Source of the DNA: Betaproteobacteria bacterium
GTDB taxonomy: Bacteria > Pseudomonadota > Gammaproteobacteria > Burkholderiales > SG8-39
NCBI GenBank assembly: GCA_016195915.1
Contig: JACPYS010000038.1
Coordinates: 136,929-200,928 of the forward strand
DNA length: 64,000 bases
Reading direction: 5' to 3'
The notes below the pieces were generated by a model that worked only from the letters and a program-made list of their open reading frames with translations, was not told the origin of the DNA and made no database searches. Below are positions 10,723-19,313 of this stretch, one piece after another; positions within the stretch are counted from its first letter, which is position 1, and every line of letters starts with the position of its first letter. A program made the position numbers and the translations under genes.

Positions 10723-12135
10723 ATGATGCCTGCAATGAGCGGGATTCAGGATCTATCTGGCGCAGAAATCGCGGCGAAGTATTCGGCCGGAGTTCTGTCG
10801 CCGGTCGAGGTCACGCGGGCCTGCCTCGCGCGCATTGCCGGCTGCGAGACGCGCATCAACGCCATGTACCGGATCGACCGGGACAAGGCGCTCGCGCAGG
10901 CAAGCGCCTCCGAGGCTCGCTGGCGGGCCGGCAATCCGCTTTCGCCGCTCGATGGCGTACCGCTCACCATCAAGGAGAACATCAATACGAAGGGCGACCC
11001 GGCACCGATCGGCACCGCGGCGAATGCAGATCTCCCGCCCGCCGCCGAGGACGCGCCGCCCGCCGCTCGCTGCCGCGAGGCGGGCTGCGTGGTCCTGGGC
11101 AAGACCACCATGCCCGACTACGGCATGCTCTCGTCCGGACTATCGAGCATGCACGGCATCACGCGTAATCCCTGGCGGCTCGAGCGCAACACCTCGGGCT
11201 CCAGTTCCGGCGCGGGTGCGGCAGCGGCGGCCGGATACGCGCCGCTGCACATCGGCACGGACATCGGCGGCTCGGTGCGTCTTCCCGCCGCGCACTGCGG
11301 CGTCTTCGCGCTCAAGCCCAGCCTCGGCCGCGTTCCCGTGTACCCGCCGTACATGGGCCGCGTAGCGGGTCCGATGACGCGCACGGTCGCGGATGCGGCG
11401 CTGCTGCTTAACGCGTTGTCGCGGCCGGACGCGCGCGATTTCATGAGCCTGCCCTGCGCGTCTGTGGATTATTCGGGGGGACTCGATTCGATCGAAGCCA
11501 AGGGATTGCGCATCGGATTTCTCCCCGATATGCGCGTGGGCCTGCCGGTGCATCCCGAGGTACGTGCTGCCTCGCAATCCGCAGCGCGAGCACTCGAGCA
11601 TGCCGGCGCAGTGGTCGAAGAGCTCGGGTCTTTTCTGACCGCCGACATGCTCGATGGCATGTGCCGGTTCTTCGAGGCGCGCTCACACAACGATCTGGTG
11701 GCGCTGGCGCCGGAGCGGCGCGCAAAGGTGTTGCCTTTCATCAATGAATGGTGCACCTGGCGCGCGAAATCCTTCACCGGCGCTGAAGTCATGGCGGCGT
11801 ATACGCAGGTGATGCTGATGCGCGAGGCCGCAGTGAAAACCTGCCAGCCCTACGACTTCGTCATCTCGCCCACCTCGCCGATCCTGCCGTACGAGGCGGA
11901 ACTCCCCTGCCCGGGGAACGACCCGCACGACGCATTGCCGCACATCGCGTTCACCGTCGCGTGGAACATGTCGGAGCAGCCTGCCGCGTCGCTCAACTGG
12001 AGTTTCAGTGCGGATGGATTGCCGATCGGCGTGCAGGTGATCGGCCGGCGCTTCGACGACCTGGGCGTGCTGAAGCTGTCGCGGCTGCTGGAGAAGCTGC
12101 GGCCGGCGCAGAAGGCGTGGCCCGAACTCGCTTAG
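10723..12135 (+). CDS. amidase-signature family amidase (cytoplasmic)
   Basis: 470 aa. GSSSGAGAAAAAGYAPLHIGTDIGGSVRLPA amidase signature. No signal peptide. Confidence 0.85.
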   Translation: MMPAMSGIQDLSGAEIAAKYSAGVLSPVEVTRACLARIAGCETRINAMYRIDRDKALAQASASEARWRAGNPLSPLDGVPLTIKENINTKGDPAPIGTAANADLPPAAEDAPPAARCREAGCVVLGKTTMPDYGMLSSGLSSMHGITRNPWRLERNTSGSSSGAGAAAAAGYAPLHIGTDIGGSVRLPAAHCGVFALKPSLGRVPVYPPYMGRVAGPMTRTVADAALLLNALSRPDARDFMSLPCASVDYSGGLDSIEAKGLRIGFLPDMRVGLPVHPEVRAASQSAARALEHAGAVVEELGSFLTADMLDGMCRFFEARSHNDLVALAPERRAKVLPFINEWCTWRAKSFTGAEVMAAYTQVMLMREAAVKTCQPYDFVISPTSPILPYEAELPCPGNDPHDALPHIAFTVAWNMSEQPAASLNWSFSADGLPIGVQVIGRRFDDLGVLKLSRLLEKLRPAQKAWPELA

Positions 12136-12174
12136 GGGATCGGCCCTCCCGTTAGCGGGCGAGCTGTGGCGTCC

Positions 12175-12750
12175 TTAGTTGGCGGGCGGGCCGGACTCGC
12201 CGCCGACGATCACCCAATCGATTCCGGCTAGGGGAAGGTTTTCAAGCGGGCCGATGAGCGGTTCCAGCGACAGAAAACGGACCGCTGCCGGAACCTGAAG
12301 CAAATGCCGAATACGCGATATCACGCGCGAACTCTCGACGCTCACTCCCATCCACACGTTCGGAGGCCACGGAAGGCGCCGCGACATCGTCGCCAGCCGT
12401 TCCGCCCGATTGGTCAAAATCTGAAACGCGTGACGGGGGCAGTCCTGCATCGTCGCGAACACCCGCGCGATGTAAGTTTCCGGAATGTCCTCGTGAAACA
12501 GGTCACTCATTGAATTCACGAACACCACTCGCGGCTTCCGCCACCATCGCGGAACATCGAGCAGGTCGGGATGAAGCGTGACTCGAAAACCGTCGCGATA
12601 GCGCACGCTGCCCATCGCATGCAGGCGCTTTGCCATGCGCTCCGCATAGCAATTCCTGCAGCCCTGGCTGATCTTCGTGCAACCCGTTACCGGATTCCAG
12701 GTCATCTCGGTCCATTCGATGCTAGATTTCGATCCCATGGGGTGCCTCAA
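12175..12750 (-). CDS. phage Gp37/Gp68 (DUF5131) family protein, apparently 3'-truncated
   Basis: 191 aa. [35 protein letters not shown] (CX6CX2C), [22 protein letters not shown] and [12 protein letters not shown] are the family hallmarks as I recall them. The ORF stops right after GGESGP, where family members normally continue for about 50-60 more aa. Confidence 0.7.
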   Translation of the reverse strand: MRHPMGSKSSIEWTEMTWNPVTGCTKISQGCRNCYAERMAKRLHAMGSVRYRDGFRVTLHPDLLDVPRWWRKPRVVFVNSMSDLFHEDIPETYIARVFATMQDCPRHAFQILTNRAERLATMSRRLPWPPNVWMGVSVESSRVISRIRHLLQVPAAVRFLSLEPLIGPLENLPLAGIDWVIVGGESGPPAN

Positions 12751-12917
12751 TGATCAGCTTGCGTCCATCCATTGGTACCGAATCCTTTTAAGTCAGCATC
12801 TTAGCCAGCTCGCACCAATATATGTTGTTTTATACAGTAGGTTGACGCGCTCTGCCATCGTGACCGTGCTATTGTTTACCCTGAGGTGAAGATCACTCCC
12901 AGTGGCAGCGCGTACAT

Positions 12918-15107
12918 ATGACTATCGAATCTCGATTTGACGTAACGCTGATTGCCGCTCTTGCACTAAGAGAGAAGCAGATACAGCAAATCTACAGACC
13001 GCTCATCGCCATTCACAAATGGTTCGCCCGCCGTCCGGGTACGCTTTTCCGCGGACTCATCCTTTCCGAGTTTGCCGACAAACCGCTGACGGATACTTTT
13101 TTCAAGGCGAACGACTTCCCCGACCGGAAGATTGCCGATCCCTTCATGGGTGGCGGGACACCATTGATGGAAGCCAATCGGGTGGGTTGCGATGTGTTCG
13201 GATTCGATATTAATCCCATGGCGGCCTGGATCGTCAGAGAGGAGATCGAGCATGTCGATTTACCCGCATATCGCCAGGCGGCAACTCGGCTTCTAACTTA
13301 TCTCGAGCGAGACGTAGGAGCGCTTTATCGAACTGATTGTCCGATCTATGGCGACGAGAACGTGCCAGTCAAGTATTTCCTTTGGGTGAAAGTGCTCGAA
13401 TGTGAGAAATGCCGGCGGAAGGTTGATCTTTTTCCGGGGTATCTGATAGCAGATGACACGCGGCACCCGCGCAACGTGCTGGTATGCGCGAACTGCGGAG
13501 AGTTGAATGAGGTTGGCCGGCTCGATCGTCCAGGCCAATGCCGGGAATGTGGCAAACAACTTTCTGAACATGGCCCAGCGCGCAGAAACGGGTGCGAATG
13601 CCGTCATTGTGGACATTCAAACCGATATCCAAACGCCGCCCTTGGACCAATGCGGCACCGGCTATTCGCCATTGAGTACTTTAATCCGGCGAGGAAGAGC
13701 GCACACAAGGGCCGCTTCTTCAAGAAACCGGACCTCAAGGATCTAGCACGAGCGGCAGAGGCCACGGACCGTTGGAATCGGACCAAGTCGCGCTATGTTC
13801 CAACGGATGTAATTCCGGGTGGTGACGAAACGGACAGATTGCACCGCTGGGGTTACACAAGGTACCGCGAACTTTTTAATGAACGGCAACTCCTCGGGCT
13901 GGAAATCAGCTGCCGCCTTGTCGCGAAAGAGCCGGACGAACGATTGCAAAAGGCGTTGGCCACTAATCTTTCAGACCTACTTCGGTACCAAAACATGCTG
14001 TGTCGGTATGACACAATGGCACTGAAATCGCTCGACATCTTTTCGGTACATGGATTTCCGGTTGGTCTCATTCAGTGCGAATCGAACCTCCTCGGTATTG
14101 TGAACATTAACGGCGCAAATGTCGGTTCCGGCGGGTGGTCAAACATCAGCGAGAAGTACGCCAAGGCTAAGCAATATTGCGATACTCCGTTCGAAGTACG
14201 TCCGGGGGGATCTCGCAAGGTGATCGTTCCAATTCATGGCGAATGGATTGGTGAGCGGATCGATGGCGCGCGTCATCGGACTGTCAAAATCCGATGCCAA
14301 AGCGCAACCTACGCGACTCTTCCGCAAGGAAGTCTCGACGCGGTGTTTACCGATCCCCCCTATTTCGGAAACGTGCAATACAGCGAGTTGATGGACTTCT
14401 GCTACGTCTGGCTGCGGCGACTCACGAAAAGCAGAATCCATGGATTTGAGCAGTTGACGACCCGATCCAAGAATGAGTTGAATGGCAACGCATCACAAGC
14501 GCGCGGCTTGGAACACTTCACGGAGGGCCTTTCGACTGTTTATCGGAAGATGGCTCATGCGCTCAAAGATGGAGCGCCTTTGGCGTTCACCTATCACCAC
14601 AACAAGATTGAGGCGTATCACGCGGTAGGCGTTGCGATCTTGGATGCGGGACTAGTGTGCTCCGCGTCAATCCCGTGTCCCGCGGAAATGGGCGGATCCA
14701 TTCACATCCACGGTACCAACTCTTCGATCGTGGATAGTATTTTTGTCTGCCGAGCCAATCCGCGCATTTCTTCCGCATCACTTTTTGATCGCGTGGATCA
14801 GCTCCTACCGATTGTTCGAGATGAGCTGCGCCAGCTGTGTTCAGCTGGCATGCTTCCGACGACGGGTGACGTGCGCTGCATCGTATTCGGACACCTTACG
14901 CGGATGGCCATTTATCGCCTTAGGACACACTGGGATAGCGCCGGGCCAACGCGACAACGATTGGAACAGTTCTCGCAGGCTGTTGAAGGATTTGGCGATC
15001 CACAGCCCGTTGTCACCCGACTGGCCAAAGAAGTGAGTCGCAAGGCAAGGATACCAACCACCATGCCGTTGTTTGATGGGATAGACAGCGATGCCGTTCC
15101 CGTTTGA
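12918..15107 (+). CDS. DUF1156-type putative DNA (N6-adenine/N4-cytosine) methyltransferase with zinc-ribbon insert
   Basis: 729 aa. HKWFARRPG near the N-terminus, SAM motif I DPFMGGGT and DINP, motif IV DPPY followed by SELMDFCYVWLRR. Four CxxC pairs (CEKC, CANC, CREC, CRHC) lie between motifs I and IV. GC is lower than in the flanks. Confidence 0.75.
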   Translation: MTIESRFDVTLIAALALREKQIQQIYRPLIAIHKWFARRPGTLFRGLILSEFADKPLTDTFFKANDFPDRKIADPFMGGGTPLMEANRVGCDVFGFDINPMAAWIVREEIEHVDLPAYRQAATRLLTYLERDVGALYRTDCPIYGDENVPVKYFLWVKVLECEKCRRKVDLFPGYLIADDTRHPRNVLVCANCGELNEVGRLDRPGQCRECGKQLSEHGPARRNGCECRHCGHSNRYPNAALGPMRHRLFAIEYFNPARKSAHKGRFFKKPDLKDLARAAEATDRWNRTKSRYVPTDVIPGGDETDRLHRWGYTRYRELFNERQLLGLEISCRLVAKEPDERLQKALATNLSDLLRYQNMLCRYDTMALKSLDIFSVHGFPVGLIQCESNLLGIVNINGANVGSGGWSNISEKYAKAKQYCDTPFEVRPGGSRKVIVPIHGEWIGERIDGARHRTVKIRCQSATYATLPQGSLDAVFTDPPYFGNVQYSELMDFCYVWLRRLTKSRIHGFEQLTTRSKNELNGNASQARGLEHFTEGLSTVYRKMAHALKDGAPLAFTYHHNKIEAYHAVGVAILDAGLVCSASIPCPAEMGGSIHIHGTNSSIVDSIFVCRANPRISSASLFDRVDQLLPIVRDELRQLCSAGMLPTTGDVRCIVFGHLTRMAIYRLRTHWDSAGPTRQRLEQFSQAVEGFGDPQPVVTRLAKEVSRKARIPTTMPLFDGIDSDAVPV

Positions 15108-16117
15108 GGTTCCGTTCAGAACGGTTCAGGCAGACCTAGATTTTTATGTCGACGAGATTTTCGCAAGTCTGCAATCCGAATTCTTGATGTTGCCAAAAGG
15201 GCCGGGATTTATCGAGTACCCGGTTTTCGAGCATGGCTACGAGGCGCTCAAGCAAACGACCAATAATTTCCAAAATCTGGCGCCCAAGTCGGTACTAAGA
15301 ACCGTACATAAATCGCCGATAGCCTTCATTGTGCTGCGCGCCCCACACGCCCCCGGAACTCGCCTACGTAACGTCGCAGCGAGGAAAGATCGAGGTGTCG
15401 CAGGGAGCAATTCGGTCGATCGACCGAAAGATCCGGATGGCCCCGCTCACCCAGCTAAGCGCAAGCGGTAGTCTGACCGTGCAACGAATTGAAGCGCTTG
15501 TCGAGACTGCATGCAGGCTCTTAATGGAGGGTGCGCCGAAAGGCCCACCGGATATTCTTCACAGGCTCGACAAGGCGGATACACGAAATGGCCTTAAGAG
15601 CATCCAACCTCTTGCCGACCTTGGCGTTCCGTATGCGATGCTCCTGTACGAGCGATTCCTCGGTCGCCCATTTGCCGGTCACCGTGATTCGGTGAGTGAA
15701 CTGGTCGGGGATGTACTGGAGAGTGCGATTGAGGGCGTTCTCACCGGAGCCAAGGTAAGCTTCCGGAAGACCAAGCGCGCTGAGCGCGTAGCGGGATTCG
15801 ATCAGGCACCGGACTTTATCGTGCCCGATGAATTCAATCCGAAAATTGTGATCGAGGCAAAGATCACCGAGGACGACGGTACCGCACGGGATAAGGTGAC
15901 CCGTGTTCAACATCTTGGATCGCTAAGCATGAAAGGTCGCCGACCGAGTCAAGCGCCTCGATTCGAAGTTGTCGCTTGCATTGCCGGAAGAGGTTTTAAG
16001 GTGCGGCGTGAAGACATGAAGAAACTCCTTCTCGCCACGCGTGGCAAGGTGTTTACGCTTCGAAACCTCGACAGGTTGGTCGCGAGCACCAAGCTCTCAG
16101 AGTTTCGCGTCAGGTAG
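15091..16117 (+). pseudogene. PD-(D/E)xK nuclease-like (restriction endonuclease-like) gene, apparently disrupted by a +1 frameshift near 15341-15354
   Basis: ORF 15091..15471 (frame 1) degenerates into Arg/Pro-rich sequence after ...SPIAFIVLRA. ORF 15329..16117 (frame 2) has only a TTG start just after a stop and reads ...TPPELAYVTSQ... through to APDFIVPDEFNPKIVIEAKITEDDGTARDK. The C4 and C5 runs sit at the junction. The ATG at 15091 overlaps the methyltransferase end by 17 nt. Confidence 0.6.
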
Positions 16118-16269
16118 CCGCGTCCGGCGGCAAGAATCGGACGCGTTCAGCGGCCTCGTGGCATGCGTGATCCTTGATCGTAAGTTGCTGACGTTCCCGA
16201 GCTACGGCGTAAAGTGACAGTCCCCGGCGCCCCTTCAGCAGGCGCCTGATTTCGTCCGCGCTGGACCGC

Positions 16270-16920
16270 TCAGCGGCGAGTTGACCGGCGCGCTCTAGAT
16301 TTTCGAGGTTGTTCTTGCCGGAGGTCGTTCAGTGTGTGCTCGTCGCCGATCAACCGGATCTTCGGACCATTGAGAATGGCGCTGATGAAATGATGCTGCC
16401 CACGAATCATTGAGCCGAACTCGCGGACGGAGTAACTGACAAGCGAGATCTTCCGTCCAAGCCGGTCGCTCAACCCGGCGAGCGGCACGGCGAGTTCGGA
16501 TGGTGGCAGGTCGTCGGCCACGAGAAGCACATCGATGTCGCTGGTTGCGTGGGCCGTTCCCTTTGCAATCGATCCATAGACAAAGGCCAATCGCACACGG
16601 TCCTTGAATTGGGCCAGCCCTTCGCGCAGGACATCGGCGATGCCGAATGTCTTCGTCACGATTCCAAGCAACTCCTCATAAATCGACGCCTCGGGGTTCG
16701 CGTGGAAATGCACCTGGTTTGCGCACCGCTCGCGCAGAACAAGACCGGCGCCCACGAGCTGCTCCAGCTCCTTTTGAACCTGGCTTATGCCGGTGCCGGA
16801 CCAGGAAACAATCTCTCGCAAATAAAACGTCTTGCCCGGCTGTCCAAATAGCAGCGCGAGCACATTGCGGCGCGTCTTTCCGAACAGCGCGATTGCGAGA
16901 TCTGTCTGGGCAGAATTCAT
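16270..16920 (-). CDS. winged-HTH (ArsR/MarR-like) plus nucleotidyltransferase (MNT-like) fusion protein
   Basis: 216 aa. N-terminal RRNVLALLFGQPGKTFYLREIVSWSGTGISQVQKELEQLVGAGLV (wHTH). Central FVYGSIAKGTAHATSDIDVLLV (GS-x10-DxD NTase motif). Confidence 0.75.
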   Translation of the reverse strand: MNSAQTDLAIALFGKTRRNVLALLFGQPGKTFYLREIVSWSGTGISQVQKELEQLVGAGLVLRERCANQVHFHANPEASIYEELLGIVTKTFGIADVLREGLAQFKDRVRLAFVYGSIAKGTAHATSDIDVLLVADDLPPSELAVPLAGLSDRLGRKISLVSYSVREFGSMIRGQHHFISAILNGPKIRLIGDEHTLNDLRQEQPRKSRARRSTRR

Positions 16921-16931
16921 CCAACAAAAAT

Positions 16932-16971
16932 CGTACCTTATTTCGGTACGATCGTACCGTTTTCAGGTACG
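16932..16971. promoter_or_regulatory. tandem palindromic operator-like site upstream of the wHTH-NTase gene
   Basis: CGTACC-N7-GGTACG occurs twice (16932-16950 and 16953-16971), with centres 21 bp apart, 12-51 bp upstream of the ATG at 16920. Confidence 0.55.
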
Positions 16972-17036
16972 CCCTCGCTCCCCCCGTTTACCGATGCGGC
17001 GCACAAGTCAGCGCGATCGAAAACCGAGTGGCTGCG

Positions 17037-17804
17037 TCAGACCTCGATCTCTTCCGGCGGCACCACCACGACCTTGCCGTCTCGCCAAGTCACAATCGGA
17101 ATTCCGAGCGCCTTGTGGCGCGCGAGCGCCTCGCGACCTGCACGGTCGAAGATCTCCATCACCTCGCTAATGGGAATCCCCGCGAACCGCGGTTCTGCTC
17201 CGGTCTCGTATTGCGTTTCTTTCTCTTTCGTCTGCATGTGGCCCTGAACGGTTTCCCAAAGTTCCGGATTGGAGATGTGAATCGGCCGACTTCCGTCCCT
17301 CATGGCAATCAGCTTCGGTGGCGGCGAGCTATTCTCATGCATCTCCCAGGAGTCGGCAATCGGCAAATAAAGCCGGAAGAAATTGGCGATCCCGCGTTCG
17401 TAGCGCCGCCGGATATCGCCAGGCGGCACGGAATGGCCGCCATGACGCACGCGCCCGGCCACCCGTTGCACCGCCGTCTCAGCGTCCGGAATCCAGAGGA
17501 ATGCGAGATGGAACCGGTAGCCGTGCGCGCTCCTCAGTTGCGCGATCCAGGGCGCGAAGCTGCGGCTCGCAAGCGTGGTTTCAAACGCGAAGTCCTTCCC
17601 CTCGTCCGCCAGTTGCCGAACCCGCTTCAGCATGATCCGCCCGGCTTCCAGGGCTACGGTCTCCGGAGAGAAAGCCAAGAGGCCGGCGGCAATGACGTCC
17701 GCGTTCACGAACTCCGCGATACCCAGGCGCCTCCCGATGAGCAATGGCGCCGCGGTCGATTTTCCCGCGCCGTTCGGCCTCGCGATCACGATGAGATTCG
17801 GCAT
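17037..17804 (-). CDS. zeta-toxin/COG4185-like P-loop ATPase with extra C-terminal domain
   Basis: 255 aa. Walker A ARPNGAGKST, FVNADVIA, FAFETTLASR, RVRHGGHSVP and IRRRYERG are typical of the zeta-like kinase family. The last ~70 aa (…REALARHKALGIPIVTWRDGKVVVVPPEEIEV) resemble the small partner protein of such ATPases. Confidence 0.7.
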   Translation of the reverse strand: MPNLIVIARPNGAGKSTAAPLLIGRRLGIAEFVNADVIAAGLLAFSPETVALEAGRIMLKRVRQLADEGKDFAFETTLASRSFAPWIAQLRSAHGYRFHLAFLWIPDAETAVQRVAGRVRHGGHSVPPGDIRRRYERGIANFFRLYLPIADSWEMHENSSPPPKLIAMRDGSRPIHISNPELWETVQGHMQTKEKETQYETGAEPRFAGIPISEVMEIFDRAGREALARHKALGIPIVTWRDGKVVVVPPEEIEV

Positions 17805-19310
17805 TCAGCCCTCGAACACCGGCCCCAACGGCCGCATCCGCACACCCTTTCTAAGCTTCGTCCACTTGAACTCCGACGGATCGGCGAGCGCGGGGCCGGG
17901 CGAGCGCACCACCAGCACCTGCTTCGCGATCGGCTGAAAATCCGCCCGAAAGTGCACCGAACTCTTCAACGCCAGCATGCGCTCGCGCCGTGGCTCCACG
18001 CCGAGGTGGCGGAACATCTCCTGGTCGGCGGCCTGGCATTTCTTTGACGCGAGCAGCACGCGCACGCCGGGCGCAGCACGGCTGCGCAGCAGCGCCATGG
18101 GACCGAGGGTCATGCGAAATCCCTTGAACATCGGCCCGCTGCAGATGAATTTCCCGTCCCCCAGGCGCTCGACCGAGAACTCGCCCTCGAACGGCGCGTC
18201 GCCCGGGACGCGCGAGCGCCCGCCCAGTGCGAACGCCAGCGTCACGCCCTGTCCGGCTTCGTGCGCCCGCGCCGCGGCGGCGGGATCGATCAAAAGCCCG
18301 AGCGCAGCGTCCTGCGCGTTGTGCCGCACCAGCGCCGCGAGCAGACCCGTGGTATCGCCGTTGCCGCCGGCGCCGGGATTGTCCTGCGTATCGGCCATGA
18401 CTACGGGAGCGCCCGGCGCGCCGTATTCCCGCGCCCGGCGCACCGCCTCGTCCGGCGTGTGCAGTTCCAGCGCGAAGTCGCTCTCGGCGCCATCGATGCG
18501 CTCGCGCAGTTCTTCCACCGAGCGTGTCACCGCCTTCGCATCCGCCCCGTAGCCGAACACCGCCATGCCGCACTCGTGGAAATCGGCCATCGGAAAACCC
18601 GGCGTGAACGAAAGCGAAGCGCCGTCACGCATCTCGAGTTCGCCGAGCGCGGCGTAGATGCTGTGGCAGGGCTCGATGAAGGAGCACTGCGACGGGATTC
18701 CCGTGAGGTAGTCGAAGGTCCGCATCGCCGATGGCAGGCGCGCGCCGGATCTCAGCGTCGCATCGAGCAGGCGCGCCGCGCGCGCGCCGGTCTCGGCCAT
18801 GTCTACGTGCGGGTAGGTGCGATACGCCACCATGGCGTCGACGCGCTCGAACATCGCGCGGGTCACATTCGCGTGCAGATCGAGGCTCGCCACGATCGGA
18901 ACGCGCGGCCCCACCGCCTCGCGCACACGGCGCAACAGTTCGCCTTCGCCGTCGTCGAACCGATCGGTGACCATCGCGCCGTGCAGATCGAGATAGACCG
19001 CGTCCACGCTGCCGGCGCTCTTCAACCGCTTCACGATCTCGCCTGCAATCCGCTCGAACGCCTCATGCGTCACCTGCGCCGACGGGCTCGCCGCCGCCCA
19101 GGCAGTGGCGACGAGCGTATGACCCATCGCGCGCAATGCCTGAATCGCACCCTCGGCGGGAATGTTGGCGCCCTGCACGGCGTCGAACAACGGATCGCCG
19201 AACTGCACGCCGGGCCAACCGCCGCCGGCCTCGAAGGCGGTGTAGTCCGCCAGCGACGGCGCGAACGTATTTGTCTCGTGCTGAAAACCTCCGATCGCAA
19301 CGCGCGCCAC
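17805..19310 (-). CDS. M81 family metallopeptidase (MlrC-like)
   Basis: 501 aa. MARVAIGGFQHETNTFAPS is the classic MlrC N-terminus. C-terminal MlrC_C-like region. Confidence 0.85.
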   Translation of the reverse strand: MARVAIGGFQHETNTFAPSLADYTAFEAGGGWPGVQFGDPLFDAVQGANIPAEGAIQALRAMGHTLVATAWAAASPSAQVTHEAFERIAGEIVKRLKSAGSVDAVYLDLHGAMVTDRFDDGEGELLRRVREAVGPRVPIVASLDLHANVTRAMFERVDAMVAYRTYPHVDMAETGARAARLLDATLRSGARLPSAMRTFDYLTGIPSQCSFIEPCHSIYAALGELEMRDGASLSFTPGFPMADFHECGMAVFGYGADAKAVTRSVEELRERIDGAESDFALELHTPDEAVRRAREYGAPGAPVVMADTQDNPGAGGNGDTTGLLAALVRHNAQDAALGLLIDPAAAARAHEAGQGVTLAFALGGRSRVPGDAPFEGEFSVERLGDGKFICSGPMFKGFRMTLGPMALLRSRAAPGVRVLLASKKCQAADQEMFRHLGVEPRRERMLALKSSVHFRADFQPIAKQVLVVRSPGPALADPSEFKWTKLRKGVRMRPLGPVFEG

Positions 19311-19313
19311 CGA

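Noticed and set aside
16110-16329. 73-codon open frame (+1 relative to the NTase gene) that runs past the NTase stop and reads ...NNLENLERAGQLAAERSSADEIRRLLKGRRGLSLYAVARERQQLTIKDH..., a possible frameshifted extension or missing HEPN-like partner
   Set aside because: It has no ATG, GTG or TTG start. The NTase protein already ends where I recall this family ending (...KIRLIGDEH...). The frame overlaps the convergent nuclease gene end. Open alternative frames of this length are common at this GC content.
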